Shown in pieces: positions 1 through 17,607 of a stretch of DNA of 64,000 nucleotides. This DNA is from Enterobacteria phage vB_EcoM_IME339. Made by a program: the position numbers and the translations under genes. The stretch lies in the sequence record MH051915, one strand, 5' to 3'. Positions within the stretch are counted from its first letter, which is position 1; every line of letters begins with the position of its first letter. The notes under the pieces were generated by a model. It was not told the DNA's origin. It made no database searches and saw only the letters and a program-made list of their open reading frames with translations.

Positions 1-913
1 ACCCGTAGGCATTTTGTGAAAGATATTTATCATCTTCTGGTTTATGTTTTAACCAACCTGATGCAGCAAGAATCGCAGCAGCACGAGCTGAAGCAACACA
101 GAACGTTGCTGTATAAGTTGATTCTTTTTGGATATGTGAAACCATTTCACATACCATTCGGTATAATGAACGACCAGCTTCAGGTGCAGATGCATAACTC
201 AAATCAATGAATCCAGTATCAGTAATTCCTGTAACTTTATAGCGTTTTGACACTGTAATCAAAGACTGTAGAATATCTTTATTGATTTCATCCGCCATTT
301 CAGTTGCAAGCAAATCTTCCAAGAAATTAGGAGCATCGAATCCATTTGCTTCTAAATCTTGTGCTAATTCAACTGTGATGCCAGTTTTAAGTTTACGAGA
401 TTTAACCGCGGTTTGCCATTTATTAATCTGGAATCTAGCATCAGCAATTTCGCTATCAGAGCTTTCAAATTTGCTCGTTGACGCTGCGTCAGAAAATAGA
501 CGAACCTTTAAAAGAACAATTGCAATCTGAAGAGCTAATTCTAAATCGCTTTCTTCAATATCAGCAAATGGTGTATCTTCTAATACTTTATAAACGATAT
601 TATTATATTTGAATAAATCGCCTTTATTGAGAGTTAATTTAGACTCTTCTGTTAATTCTGTGATTTGTTCTCGGTCTACGTACCCAGCTTCGCCAGCGTA
701 AGTAGCACCAGTTTTAAATGTAAATTCGTTATCTGGGTTAAGGTATTTGATACCATAAAAAGCAGCAACAGGTTGATTAGTTCTTTGCGTTGCTACAATG
801 TCAGAATATATTAATTTAGTGGTAGCGCGAGTCAAAGCAACGAGATTTGGGCGACCGATTGAGTTGCTATTCGTTGTGGTTGATTCGCGCAGAAGTTCGT
901 TGATTTTAGCCAT
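1..913 (-). CDS. 24: Head vertex protein gp24 (partial; C-terminus lies beyond window start)
   Basis: Minus-strand ORF open to the window edge; start ATG at 911-913; N-terminus MAKINELLRESTTTNSNSIGRPNLVALTRATTK matches T4 gp24 from memory; sits directly downstream of gene 23. Confidence 0.85.
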   Translation of the reverse strand, partial: MAKINELLRESTTTNSNSIGRPNLVALTRATTKLIYSDIVATQRTNQPVAAFYGIKYLNPDNEFTFKTGATYAGEAGYVDREQITELTEESKLTLNKGDLFKYNNIVYKVLEDTPFADIEESDLELALQIAIVLLKVRLFSDAASTSKFESSDSEIADARFQINKWQTAVKSRKLKTGITVELAQDLEANGFDAPNFLEDLLATEMADEINKDILQSLITVSKRYKVTGITDTGFIDLSYASAPEAGRSLYRMVCEMVSHIQKESTYTATFCVASARAAAILAASGWLKHKPEDDKYLSQNAYG

Positions 914-940
914 TGCGCTTTCCTTTTGGTTTATATGATT

Positions 941-948
941 TATTTATA
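941..948 (-). promoter_or_regulatory. Late promoter TATAAATA (minus strand) for gene 24
   Basis: Plus-strand TATTTATA ~30 nt upstream of the gene 24 start. Confidence 0.6.
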
Positions 949-949
949 C

Positions 950-983
950 CATAAAAACAACTAAAGGGACCCGAAGGTCCCTT
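950..983 (-). terminator. Rho-independent terminator downstream of gene 23
   Basis: AAGGGACC-CGAA-GGTCCCTT hairpin followed on the minus strand by TAGTTGTTTTTATGG. Confidence 0.7.
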
Positions 984-996
984 AAATCGTCAAAGA

Positions 997-2562
997 TTAG
1001 ATACCTTTAACATATACACGGCGGAAGTAAGCGTTTTTACCAAGGCTATTCAGAATAGAAGGCATACCGCTTTGAATGCGAGAAGCCGGAGCCTGAGCAG
1101 CGGATTCTGCAAATGGGTTGATACCGATACCGTAACGAGTTTTGAATCCCATTACTGGTTGGAAGTTCTTCGGATCGGAACCACGCAGCGGAGTCAGAGC
1201 TACATATGGAGCATAGTAAATACCAGCATCCATTTCGTTCGGACCTTTATAACCTACAGTGAAATAATCCTGTTTAGCATACTGGTCGATATATACACGG
1301 TATTTACCACCCAGAACACCAGCAAATACTGACTTGGTAGTATCAGTGTTAAAGCCGGTAGCCAGACCTTGTGCAGCATAAGAAATGCCAGTATCAACTG
1401 AAGCCAGAACGTTAACTACGTTACGGGAAGCGATAATGAAGTTACCTTCACCACGACCGGTCTGACGAGCAATTTCAACTGCTTCTTTGTCAATCTGGAA
1501 CAACAGAGCTTTAAAGGATTCACCCGCCCAGCGAGCACCACGAATATCAATCGGATCCTGGAAGTCAAATACACCAGCTTTAGAACCCGGAGTCAGGGTC
1601 ATACCAGATTTACCAACCTGGGCTGAGTAGTTAATCCAATCAACAACTTCGCGGTTGATTTCCAGCATGATTTCGGTAGCCAGAATACCAGACAGTTCAG
1701 CATCAGCATCCATACCGTGAACAGCGCGGAGGTCTTGTGCTAATTCGATAGAGTAAGCAGCTTTCAGCTGGCGAGATTTAGCTTCGATAACTTGTTTATC
1801 GATACGGAAGCCCATTTCATTCCATGGGTTATCGGTAGAACCGTTGAAACTTTCCTGGAGTTCAGCGATAGAAGTAGCCATACCTTCAGCGATTTCTACC
1901 AGTACACCAGCTTCCATTTGTTTCTTAATTTCAGCATCTAATTTAGCTGCGTCAGTTGCACTAGTATCAATTTGCTTAACTTCTGTAGCTTGCAGATACA
2001 CAGTACCAGTGTCCTGGAAGAAGTGGGTGTAAATAGTTCCAACTTCAAGAGTATCACTTGCTTTCAAAGCAGCGAATTTCTTAGCAGCACCCTGACCAGA
2101 GAACATTGCATCTGGGCCATACATTGGGTGGAATGCTTCTTTAGCACCGGAAGCGATTGGGTCTTTACCATATACTGCGCGCAGTGCGAATACCTGGCCA
2201 GTCGGGCTGTTCATCGGCTGAACACCGCAAATATCGAAAGCAATCAGGTTAGGAATAGCACGACGTACCATACCCATAACAGCTGGGCCAATCTGAGTTA
2301 CTGCGCCAGAAGTCTGACCAGCAGCGATGTTAGTAGCATTGTAACCGTGGTCACCACCGATTTCAGCTTCTGTTAAGAAAGAACCGAACGCCTGAGCGAT
2401 TTTTTCGTCTTTGTACTCTGGAGCTGTCTGGAAATCTTTTTCCTGGTTTTCAAAGATTTTAGCGATAATCGCTTGTTTGCTATTAGCAATTTCCGGTAAA
2501 CCTTCACCTTCCAGTAATGGCTTCCATTTGTTCAAAAGTTCAGCTTTAGTTTTGATAGTCAT
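997..2562 (-). CDS. 23: Major capsid protein gp23
   Basis: 521 aa; MTIKTKAELLNKWKPLLEGEGLPEIANSKQAIIAKIFENQEKDF matches T4 gp23; correct length and position. Confidence 0.97.
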   Translation of the reverse strand: MTIKTKAELLNKWKPLLEGEGLPEIANSKQAIIAKIFENQEKDFQTAPEYKDEKIAQAFGSFLTEAEIGGDHGYNATNIAAGQTSGAVTQIGPAVMGMVRRAIPNLIAFDICGVQPMNSPTGQVFALRAVYGKDPIASGAKEAFHPMYGPDAMFSGQGAAKKFAALKASDTLEVGTIYTHFFQDTGTVYLQATEVKQIDTSATDAAKLDAEIKKQMEAGVLVEIAEGMATSIAELQESFNGSTDNPWNEMGFRIDKQVIEAKSRQLKAAYSIELAQDLRAVHGMDADAELSGILATEIMLEINREVVDWINYSAQVGKSGMTLTPGSKAGVFDFQDPIDIRGARWAGESFKALLFQIDKEAVEIARQTGRGEGNFIIASRNVVNVLASVDTGISYAAQGLATGFNTDTTKSVFAGVLGGKYRVYIDQYAKQDYFTVGYKGPNEMDAGIYYAPYVALTPLRGSDPKNFQPVMGFKTRYGIGINPFAESAAQAPASRIQSGMPSILNSLGKNAYFRRVYVKGI

Positions 2563-2580
2563 TTGTGTTAACCTTTAAAA

Positions 2581-3390
2581 TTAGAAACGAGATGCGACTT
2601 TCGCATATACACTTACAATATCTTCTGCACCAGGTGCAGTTTTATCTTCTACAGCTTCAGTGACGAAATTCAGTCCGGCTGCTTCAGTATCAGGAGTATT
2701 TATACCCTCAGTAATAGTGCTTTCATCTTTATTAGACTTCTTCACCATTTCTACGATGGCACTCAATTTACTTGAGAATTCATCTGAATAATCCATACCT
2801 TCGACCAGAGCAGAGACTTTTTCTTTTTGAGACTCAGTCAGATCTTTAGTACTTTCGCTCAATGCCACTTCACGCTGCACATAATTGATATATGCGTCAC
2901 GCTTATTGAGTTCTTCGAACAGACGAGCTGATTCTTCTTTATGTTCTTGCAGCTCTTCTTCCATTTCAGCTACAACATCAACTGATTCTTCTGGAACAAC
3001 AACGTTGTGTTCAACAAAGAGCTCTTTTAATCCACCAAGCATGGATTCAAACAGTTCGGCTTTGATGCCTTTATCAACTGCTAATTTATTTTCGGCGAGC
3101 CATTCTTTCGCAAGATGGTCGATGAATTTAGAAGCTTGCTCAGCGATTTTCTTCTCAGCTTTTTCTTCGGCTTCTTCTTTATTTTTTTCTACTTCTTCTT
3201 CTGCTTTTTCAGCAATTTTAGCGATATGAGATTCAGCTAATTTAACGGCGTGCTGCTTGACGGTAGCTTCGAATACAGTGCCGAAAGTTTCTTTTGCTTC
3301 CGGAGAAATATTAACTGATTCGAAAATACTATCAAGAGCAACGGAAGCATCAATTTTTTGCGCTTCAGCAATCAGTTGTTCTTTAAGCAT
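2581..3390 (-). CDS. 22: Prohead core scaffold protein gp22
   Basis: 269 aa, highly acidic coiled-coil, immediately upstream of gene 23 in T4 order. Confidence 0.9.
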   Translation of the reverse strand: MLKEQLIAEAQKIDASVALDSIFESVNISPEAKETFGTVFEATVKQHAVKLAESHIAKIAEKAEEEVEKNKEEAEEKAEKKIAEQASKFIDHLAKEWLAENKLAVDKGIKAELFESMLGGLKELFVEHNVVVPEESVDVVAEMEEELQEHKEESARLFEELNKRDAYINYVQREVALSESTKDLTESQKEKVSALVEGMDYSDEFSSKLSAIVEMVKKSNKDESTITEGINTPDTEAAGLNFVTEAVEDKTAPGAEDIVSVYAKVASRF

Positions 3391-3420
3391 TTTGTAGTCC
3401 TGTTGTTTAGATAATAATAT

Positions 3421-4059
3421 TTATAACGCTTTTTTCATGGCCTCTGCGAGAGCCATATAGGCGTCATCGGCACTTGTATCGGCTTCCGCCGTCTGTGATT
3501 CGGTAATTTCCTTAGGAGTTACCCATGCATCTGGAGCACTTGGACCCCATACTGCATCAACACCTACAGTTAATTTAAATCCTTCGTTTACGATACGATA
3601 ACCTTTATTTGTGTCAGTCAATGAACCTAATCCACGAGAAGAAACTCCTGGAATCCATCCGGCACGAATATTAGCTGCTAATTTATCTCCAGGACCATGG
3701 TCACCTTCAATAACACGAGCTCGTCCGTATACGTCATTTCCTTTCCACCACATATCTTCTATAATGATAGCGGCTTGCATCGGGTCAACATTAGCGCGTG
3801 GAGGATGATTTAATTCTCCGAGAGCTTGTTTAGTTAAAACTTGCTCATTGATATAGTCTTTTACCGCTTTTTCTAATATGCGTTTTGGATAAAGACGTTT
3901 ATTTCTATTGACGACTTCCGCTTGCATGAATATTCCTTCGATGTATAAACCAGGTTTTAAACCTAGGTCTTTTCCATCATGAGATTCAAGCATTGGCACG
4001 CCATCAATAATTTCGCCAGGTTGACCCCAAGTTTCAATTAGTAATTGGGGTTCATTCAT
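3421..4059 (-). CDS. 21: Prohead core protease gp21
   Basis: 212 aa; position between 68 and 22; length matches T4 gp21. Confidence 0.9.
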   Translation of the reverse strand: MNEPQLLIETWGQPGEIIDGVPMLESHDGKDLGLKPGLYIEGIFMQAEVVNRNKRLYPKRILEKAVKDYINEQVLTKQALGELNHPPRANVDPMQAAIIIEDMWWKGNDVYGRARVIEGDHGPGDKLAANIRAGWIPGVSSRGLGSLTDTNKGYRIVNEGFKLTVGVDAVWGPSAPDAWVTPKEITESQTAEADTSADDAYMALAEAMKKAL

Positions 4060-4484
4060 TAGCTTAATCCTAATGCTTTACGGCGTTTAAGAGCTTTTTT
4101 ACGCTTACGCTGAGCACGAGATTGACCTGCTGGATTGGCAATCTTCGTTTTGGTAGCTTTGCGAGCAATTTGTCTACGTTTTGCTTTAGACAGCCCAGTG
4201 GTTTGAAATGCATTACGTTCGCGCGTTTTGCGGTCTTTAGTACGTGTAATTTCACCACGAGCTGAAACATGCTTAACAATGAATTCATTTAACGGCATAT
4301 TTTCATTAATAGAAGCTAATGCAACTGCTAAATCAGTTTCATCATCAAGCATATTCTCGACAATTGTATTTATATCGTCTTTATTTAAAGCAGAAGACAA
4401 TTCGTCAAAGCGACCCTGTGCTTCAGGAATAAGTGCTTCGACATTCTCGAGAACTAATTCATGAGTTTCAGGGATCAGAAGCAT
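4059..4484 (-). CDS. 68: Prohead core protein gp68
   Basis: 141 aa with basic C-terminus; T4 order 20-67-68-21. Confidence 0.8.
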
Positions 4485-4725
4485 TATTCATCATCCTCGT
4501 CTTCGTCATCTTCGTCAGAGTCTTTGTCTTTTTTGTCGTCTTTATCATCACTATCTTCGTCATCATCCTCGTCTTCAGGTTCTTCACCTTCGATTAAGAA
4601 ATTACGAGCGATAGCGATTTTTTCTTCTTTAATTAAATCAATCGTTCTTGCAGCCATGGCTTCAGCAAATAATTTACGAGCGGCTACGAGGTCGTTTGAT
4701 TTAATAGCTTCAATTAAACCTTCCA

Positions 4726-4726
<1 letters not shown>
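4484..4726 (-). CDS. 67: Prohead core protein gp67 (acidic, internal peptide precursor)
   Basis: 80 aa with poly-acidic C-terminus ([14 protein letters not shown]...); position after gene 20. Confidence 0.8.
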
Positions 4727-6351
<1,625 letters not shown>

Positions 6352-6383
6352 TTAAGCAGGATGGGGATTTCTCCCCATTCATT

Positions 6384-6875
6384 TTATTCCCAATAATCGA
6401 GAGCGAGAGTTACTTCAAAGGTTTGGATTTCATTGTTTGAATCCCAATCTAATTGAAGTTCACCCACGTTAGTAGGCCACAGGCCTTTAATTTCGACTTC
6501 TTTTGTTACAGTTTTAGCGTCACGAGCATATTGGCGTACAATAGCGCTCTTTTTATACTCTGCTGGTTTTCCACCAGTAATTTCGTTTCCTTGCCCAGCA
6601 GCAATGCTTTGCCAGTCAACAAACTTCTGACGTGCATCATGAGCCTCATCATTCATTACTGTAATAGTCCAGTCATCGAATGTACGATCGCCTGCTACGT
6701 TAATTTTACGGTTCATAAACCCGACTGGAATTTTTTCTACAATACCAGCTGGTAAAGCAGTGGCTTTACATTGAAACGTAAAATTTTGTCCAAGATAAGA
6801 AATTTCTACTTGGAACAAGTTAGGTCGAGCAAAATCACCAGATTCAAACGCTCGTGTTACATCATCTACAAACAT
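6384..6875 (-). CDS. 19: Tail tube protein gp19
   Basis: 163 aa; position between 20 and 18; length matches T4 gp19. Confidence 0.9.
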   Translation of the reverse strand: MFVDDVTRAFESGDFARPNLFQVEISYLGQNFTFQCKATALPAGIVEKIPVGFMNRKINVAGDRTFDDWTITVMNDEAHDARQKFVDWQSIAAGQGNEITGGKPAEYKKSAIVRQYARDAKTVTKEVEIKGLWPTNVGELQLDWDSNNEIQTFEVTLALDYWE

Positions 6876-6983
6876 ATTAGCCTCTGTAGTATTTATATCC
6901 CTATGTTTAACCTAGGGCATATAGAATTAAAGATATAGTGTATTTATATGGCCTGCCGAAACAGGCCTTTAGAATGCACCGTA

Positions 6984-8963
6984 TTAACCTGCAAGACCAG
7001 TTAACTCATCGAAATCTGCACCAGTAGCAGTTGCTACGAAGTTCAAGGTAATGTAGTTAATGCTTCTAGCCGGTTGGATGTAGAATGTTGCAACAAACTC
7101 ATTTCTATCAATTACTGACGGAGTGTTATTTGTTGTATCGCAAACTACACGATATTCATAAATTCCACCGAGAGCTTTAATTCCCTGTAAGTACTGGGCA
7201 GTTTCTGTGCGGAATGATGAACGAGTAAACGCGTTGTTTAATTCGAACAAACGATATTTTGAACTACGTCCGATATTCGTTTTCAACATATTAAACAGAC
7301 GACGAACGTTAATACGATCAAATGGAGAAGGAACAGAAGTAGCTGTTTTATCACCATACAATACGTAACCATCACCACCTGTACCGGTTACCGGGTTGAT
7401 AGCTTCTTGGTATAAACGGTCGCGCTGCGCCTGGCGAGTTTCAATAGCAAGTTTAATAACGTTAAGAATCTGGCCACGATTATAACCAGCTGGAGACATC
7501 CAAGTCTGAGAAACGTTATCAGTTCTTGCGCATAAACCGGCAATATCAGCTGCTAATGGAACCCAACGATTTACATCATTATATTTGTCATACTGATATT
7601 TGTAGTTACCATCAATTGCTGCATAGGTTGAACTGATATTAAAGTTATTATCAGTGTATGAACCAGTTGCAGTTCTCCAATTGACTAAGTTATCGACAGC
7701 ACGAGTTACAGGAATTCCAACTACAGTTTCACGCGGTGGTGAGCATAATACTAAGCAATCTTGACGAGCATCCCCAATTGAAACGACATGTTTTTGGACA
7801 GTAGATGCTGTTTCTAAAGATTCACCGGCACAAGAACCCGCAATAAACAACTGAACGTCAACAGATTCACGGTCAGCAAAGAAGTCCCAAGCTTCCATCA
7901 AATCTCCTGCTGTTACTTCAGCATTTGACGATAATCCACCAGACAGAGTTAAAATTCCAGAGAAGCCTTCTGGCCAGTTTTGCGCAGTTGCGAAAATATA
8001 TTCTGAACCACCTTTTGCGAAAAAGTCATCAATATAGATGTTACTATCGTAAATATCTTTTTCACCACGCTTCGTTGAAAGAACAACGCTTTGAACAATA
8101 GCATCATTGCGACGAACTATAATAGCGTATTGTGAATCAGTTTGTGGTCCATATCCAAACACTGCCTTGGCAGTAGATGCGCGGGTTCCGCCACCTGGAT
8201 AAATTGGGAGTAATGCAGAAGCCCCTTTTGCGTAGTCAGCTTTAGATACGATTTCGATTTCGATTTTATCGCCCAACTCGCCTGGATAAAGAGCTACTAC
8301 TCCTGGAATTCCATATTTTTCGAGATTTGCTTGAAAGTCAACAGCTGTCATAGCAGCTTCGGCATTTTCAATTTCAGCTAATAAAATACCAGAATCAGTA
8401 ATAATTTTTCCAAGAGTTATTACTGCAGCTAAACCAGAGGAAGACGAAGAAATTTCCGCGGTCCAGTTAGAACCTAATTCCGGATATTCGCCTACTTCTT
8501 TCGCTTTAGCGATAATTTTTGCAGTAGGAATATTAATTTTCTTAATTTTTCCATCAGCATCCACTTCGGTAACTTTACATTCTGTTTCAATGTCTTCTGA
8601 AACATACTTAACCGTGATTTTATCTCCAACCGCGTAGTTACTACCTGGGGTAGAAATAGTGTATTCAATATTACCGGCAATCGGAGATGAGTTTTTAGCG
8701 GTATCTCTATCGACAGCACGCACAACTCGCAAATCATTTCCGTATTGTAAGAAATTCATTGCAGACATAAAATAGTCAGCAGTTTCAGCTGTAGGTTGAC
8801 CAAAAGTATTAACTAAATCTACTTCATTTGTAACCTGTTTAATTTGAAAAGCAGGACCCCACTGGAATTTACCGGCCAAAGCTGCTGTACCAGTAGAGTT
8901 ATTAACCACGGTGCTTTGAACCGTAGTTTCTTTGAGCTCAATGCCCGGAGATAATAAAGTCAT
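6984..8963 (-). CDS. 18: Contractile tail sheath protein gp18
   Basis: 659 aa; MTLLSPGIELKETTVQSTVV N-terminus; T4 order. Confidence 0.93.
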   Translation of the reverse strand: MTLLSPGIELKETTVQSTVVNNSTGTAALAGKFQWGPAFQIKQVTNEVDLVNTFGQPTAETADYFMSAMNFLQYGNDLRVVRAVDRDTAKNSSPIAGNIEYTISTPGSNYAVGDKITVKYVSEDIETECKVTEVDADGKIKKINIPTAKIIAKAKEVGEYPELGSNWTAEISSSSSGLAAVITLGKIITDSGILLAEIENAEAAMTAVDFQANLEKYGIPGVVALYPGELGDKIEIEIVSKADYAKGASALLPIYPGGGTRASTAKAVFGYGPQTDSQYAIIVRRNDAIVQSVVLSTKRGEKDIYDSNIYIDDFFAKGGSEYIFATAQNWPEGFSGILTLSGGLSSNAEVTAGDLMEAWDFFADRESVDVQLFIAGSCAGESLETASTVQKHVVSIGDARQDCLVLCSPPRETVVGIPVTRAVDNLVNWRTATGSYTDNNFNISSTYAAIDGNYKYQYDKYNDVNRWVPLAADIAGLCARTDNVSQTWMSPAGYNRGQILNVIKLAIETRQAQRDRLYQEAINPVTGTGGDGYVLYGDKTATSVPSPFDRINVRRLFNMLKTNIGRSSKYRLFELNNAFTRSSFRTETAQYLQGIKALGGIYEYRVVCDTTNNTPSVIDRNEFVATFYIQPARSINYITLNFVATATGADFDELTGLAG

Positions 8964-8994
8964 TTTTAATCCTCTTTAATATGCTTTAATATAT

Positions 8995-12132
<3,138 letters not shown>

Positions 12133-12173
12133 GATTTCTCCTAATCTGGGCTTTAATTAGTTTATAATATTTA

Positions 12174-13875
<1,702 letters not shown>

Positions 13876-13876
13876 T

Positions 13877-13904
13877 TAAAAATCCTTTGGGGCCTTGCGG
13901 CCCC
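13877..13904 (-). terminator. Rho-independent terminator downstream of wac
   Basis: GGGGCC-TTGC-GGCCCC hairpin followed on the minus strand by a U-rich tract. Confidence 0.65.
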
Positions 13905-13907
13905 ATG

Positions 13908-15371
13908 TTATGCTGGTGATAAAAAGGTAGAAAGTAATACCCATTCGCCGTCTTTACGAACGTAAGCTTGACCATCTTTTGGAGCTTCAGGAATATAACC
14001 TGCTTCTTGTAGAGCTTGAACATCACCTTGCAGAGAAGATATACTACCTTTGGCTGTATTCACTTCTTGTGTAACTGATGCAATGTTGGTTTCGTTAGCT
14101 TTTATTGAATTGGTTAATCCACGTTCTTCGACAGTTGAACCGTTTGGATTAGTTCCATTTACTAAAGTATTTAACGCTACAACTTGCCCTTTAATTCCTG
14201 CGCTGTTATTACCAATCTCTACTTGTAGGTTTTGAACATCGTTGTTCAAGCTTGAAACAGAAGTTTCAATTGTAGAAACTCGGTTTAAAAGAGACCCAGG
14301 AGGAGAAGGTTGTCCACCGCTAGAATCAGTTCCAACAATTTGGTTTAACCACGAAACATTCGCTCTTAAACCAGATGAAGTGTTTTCACCGACGATTCCA
14401 TTTAGAGCTTCGATTGAAGTTGTATTATCTTTGATTTGGCCTTTAATACTCGAAGGAATATCATCTGAACCAATAGAAGTTTCAATAACGGTTAAACGCT
14501 GTTTAATACCTCCACTTTGATTTAGCTCTAAATTAATAGATGCAATATTATCAGTGTTTGTATTAACACTCGTAATAATCGAATTATTTCCTGGATATCC
14601 TATTGAGGTCTTAATAGCACTAATGTCAGACTCAACTGTTGTCTGTTTAGTGTCAATTTCATTTAAGCGGCTGTAAACGGTTTGTGAAAACGATGGTGGT
14701 TTTGGTCCAAGCTCTTCACGGAGATTACCAACTTCAATAGTCAAAGAACCTACATCAGATTCAATAAATTTTGTTTCTAATTCGCTTAAACGTATTCCCT
14801 GTGAAGTAATGACATCAGTATTATTAATAATGCGATGCTTCATTCCTGTGCTAGGATTTCCTACAACAGGAAGACCATTAATATCTTGGCCTGTGTATTG
14901 TCCAAGTTCACGCTTTATCCACAGTAAATCATTTCTGATCGTTCTGTATACAGAGTTGGCCTCGGAGTTAAATGGACCAATATCAGCAAGAATGCTGTCA
15001 ACCGTACTATTAGTCCCATTTAATATTTCTGTATGTTCACTGGTTAGCGTTTTAAGGTCAGAAATATCCTTTTTATTGATACTTATTTGGGCCAAAGCTT
15101 CAATATCACCAGATACATCTAAGATGCCCTGAATTGTTTTAATATCACTATTTGCGGTTTCTAAAGATGTTTTAAGTATTCCGATGTTTTTATCAAGAAC
15201 TTCAACATTTCTTAGTATAGAAACTGTTGGTCTATTCATTGAGCCTTCACTTCCATACTGTGTGTCAGCTCCTAATATTTCTTCGCCGTTTTTAATCCAG
15301 GAAATGCGGCTCTGGCCCTCTGCAGGAGGGCCGTCAACGAATGGTAAGTCATTCAGTACAATATCTGTCAT
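13908..15371 (-). CDS. wac: Fibritin (whisker antigen control)
   Basis: 487 aa, repetitive coiled-coil segments, C-terminal foldon-like [27 protein letters not shown]. Confidence 0.9.
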   Translation of the reverse strand: MTDIVLNDLPFVDGPPAEGQSRISWIKNGEEILGADTQYGSEGSMNRPTVSILRNVEVLDKNIGILKTSLETANSDIKTIQGILDVSGDIEALAQISINKKDISDLKTLTSEHTEILNGTNSTVDSILADIGPFNSEANSVYRTIRNDLLWIKRELGQYTGQDINGLPVVGNPSTGMKHRIINNTDVITSQGIRLSELETKFIESDVGSLTIEVGNLREELGPKPPSFSQTVYSRLNEIDTKQTTVESDISAIKTSIGYPGNNSIITSVNTNTDNIASINLELNQSGGIKQRLTVIETSIGSDDIPSSIKGQIKDNTTSIEALNGIVGENTSSGLRANVSWLNQIVGTDSSGGQPSPPGSLLNRVSTIETSVSSLNNDVQNLQVEIGNNSAGIKGQVVALNTLVNGTNPNGSTVEERGLTNSIKANETNIASVTQEVNTAKGSISSLQGDVQALQEAGYIPEAPKDGQAYVRKDGEWVLLSTFLSPA

Positions 15372-16951
15372 TCTTTTACCTTAATTATGTAGTTTAAAGA
15401 AATGTTCCATGGACGTGTTTCATTTCCAATTAATTCAGGACGATTTAATGTATATTTGGAATTTCGTTGTGATGCTGGGTCAATTTCATATCCATCATTG
15501 GTGAAGTATGAACGGTTATCCCAGTCAAGTCCTTTACGTGTACCAACAAAATTTGATCTACGGGTATTACCGAATGCTCCAGAATCATCATGCTCACCAA
15601 ATCCGCCAGCGTGTTTATGATAAGACATCTGCTGTTTTTGTACTTCACCAACATATCCACCGGTACAACCTACACCTAATCTAGGCTTACCAAATTGGTC
15701 ATTACCATTAACGTTTGGATTTGTTAAGTGAGAGCCACGACCAGAGCCACGAACAAAAAGACCACGCATATCAGGTAATCCAGGATTTGATGAGCTTCCG
15801 CCGTATCTTGTTCCAATTCTAGAAGCGTATAACGGACAATCTGACGCAGAAACAGTTCCACCATGACAGAAGCGCCAAGCATCACTAGGAAGACTATCTG
15901 CCGCCCACATCATAATAGCTCCGACAGGAATAGTTCTATCTATTTCATTCTGTGTTACAACACGCTTACCTTGAATATAACCACCGGTCATGTTAACTGT
16001 TCCGGTAATATTTGCTCCGCCTGAAGCTATTGTGAGCGTATTATTAATGCGAAGTGTTCCATTAATCGTTTGACCACCTCTTTGGTGGATAACGTCAGCA
16101 TTCCAAGCTAATGCCGATGAAGCATCGCCTCCACTCTGTGAGCCGGCGGTTGTAGTTAATTTAACTACGCCTCTCATTGACGTTGTAGAACCACGACCAT
16201 TAAGAGTTGCACCAGTAACCGCAACAGAAGCATTATTCGAGTTAACTTCTGATTGTGTTCCTAATTTAATTACGCCCTTATATTCTTCTGTAGCAGACGA
16301 ATTCATAAACGTATAAGGAGAAATTGCATAGCCTTCTCTTAAGGTTCCTTGACGAACTTGAGCTACTGTTGCTAATTGAACAACGCCTTGGTCAGATTCA
16401 GTAGCGGTGGTTTCAGAAGGAGCAATTTGCGCAATTAATTTAATAGCTAACTGCTGTGTTTTTAATGGAGTCATTGCAGTAGTATCATCTGCTCCAGCTA
16501 ATGCTTGCGGTAGAGATGAAATTTTAATAACTCCATTTGATGATTCAGTTGAAACGCGAGTTTCAAAGGCATTATTAAGGGCAACAGTAAATTTAGCAGG
16601 AGTTATAGAAGATTCATTATTAACTCCAGCAATTGCTTCATCATCTGTAGAATATCGTGTTAATCCATAAACGGTTTCAGTTGCGTTTGGGTAAGATAAT
16701 CTTGTTGCCAATGTTGCTGGTGTAACTGCTTTGGTATTATCAGTTCCATCGATAACTTCCTGTTCAGTAGCAAGAAATAAAATTCCCTTTGTTGTTGATG
16801 ATGCGTCAGGAACTCCATTTACACCAGCAGGAGAAATGGCTGCTATAGCAGCCTGAACATCAGTAATCTCTGCTGGAAAATTTGTACCAGTTGGATCAAA
16901 TTTTACATAGCGAGATTCATTAGAAACGTGTTGGTATGTATTATTACTCAT
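15368..16951 (-). CDS. 12: Short tail fibre protein gp12
   Basis: 527 aa; position between wac and 11. Confidence 0.88.
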   Translation of the reverse strand: MSNNTYQHVSNESRYVKFDPTGTNFPAEITDVQAAIAAISPAGVNGVPDASSTTKGILFLATEQEVIDGTDNTKAVTPATLATRLSYPNATETVYGLTRYSTDDEAIAGVNNESSITPAKFTVALNNAFETRVSTESSNGVIKISSLPQALAGADDTTAMTPLKTQQLAIKLIAQIAPSETTATESDQGVVQLATVAQVRQGTLREGYAISPYTFMNSSATEEYKGVIKLGTQSEVNSNNASVAVTGATLNGRGSTTSMRGVVKLTTTAGSQSGGDASSALAWNADVIHQRGGQTINGTLRINNTLTIASGGANITGTVNMTGGYIQGKRVVTQNEIDRTIPVGAIMMWAADSLPSDAWRFCHGGTVSASDCPLYASRIGTRYGGSSSNPGLPDMRGLFVRGSGRGSHLTNPNVNGNDQFGKPRLGVGCTGGYVGEVQKQQMSYHKHAGGFGEHDDSGAFGNTRRSNFVGTRKGLDWDNRSYFTNDGYEIDPASQRNSKYTLNRPELIGNETRPWNISLNYIIKVKE

Positions 16952-17607
16952 GCTGTTCTCTCAAAATGATAAAGTACTATTGGAGTTTGCTGATTATCTA
17001 AAGTTACAGTTTGTGCACCAAGCAAATTCCATGTGCCATACCCAGGCTTAGATTCTGAAATAATTTCTTGGGAAATAGTTATTCCATATGTAGAATATGT
17101 GCTTAATACATGTTTTTGATTATCTAAATAAGTAACTTCTAATTTACTACCATCTGTTGGATGGTCTTTATATGAATTGATAGCAGTAAATGACGCAATA
17201 GCTTCTTGCAGGGCAACACGAACTTTGGCGACAAACTCGATAGCTGTCATTCCAGTTGTTGCTGAAACTGGAAGACCGAATACTAATACAGTAACAGGAG
17301 AACCAGGAGGAAGCGAATCATCTGTTACAGTTCCCGAAAATGCCCAATAATCAGTTTGAGAAACACCCTCAGGAGAAACACCAGTTTTATTAGTAATAAT
17401 TGTACCAACGTCTTTTATAGAAAAATTATGAACATCATTAATAGCTGATTCTACGTTTGGTTCATAAAATCCTTTCGCTAATTGAGAAATTGTCACTGAC
17501 CCAACTGATTGACGATTCATTACATCGATGTCGCCAGTTTTAGGTCTAAAACCAAGAAAATCGGCTAAGCGGGAAATAACTCCCGCTTTATTATTAAGTA
17601 AACTCAT
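16948..17607 (-). CDS. 11: Baseplate wedge protein gp11
   Basis: Track ORF 225 aa; start moved to Met-7 ([14 protein letters not shown], 219 aa) which overlaps the gene 10 stop (TAATG) and matches T4 gp11. Confidence 0.85.
   Translation of the reverse strand: MSLLNNKAGVISRLADFLGFRPKTGDIDVMNRQSVGSVTISQLAKGFYEPNVESAINDVHNFSIKDVGTIITNKTGVSPEGVSQTDYWAFSGTVTDDSLPPGSPVTVLVFGLPVSATTGMTAIEFVAKVRVALQEAIASFTAINSYKDHPTDGSKLEVTYLDNQKHVLSTYSTYGITISQEIISESKPGYGTWNLLGAQTVTLDNQQTPIVLYHFERTA

Noticed and set aside
16-210. Plus-strand 64-aa ORF at the window start
   Set aside because: Lies entirely inside the minus-strand gene 24 coding region; a shadow ORF.
1972-2376. Plus-strand ORFs inside the late structural block (e.g. 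1072-1332, 1844-2032, 1972-2376, 2885-3229, 14809-15132, 22253-22612)
   Set aside because: All are antisense to well-supported T4 structural genes and have no RBS or promoter; artefacts of long open frames in AT-rich DNA.
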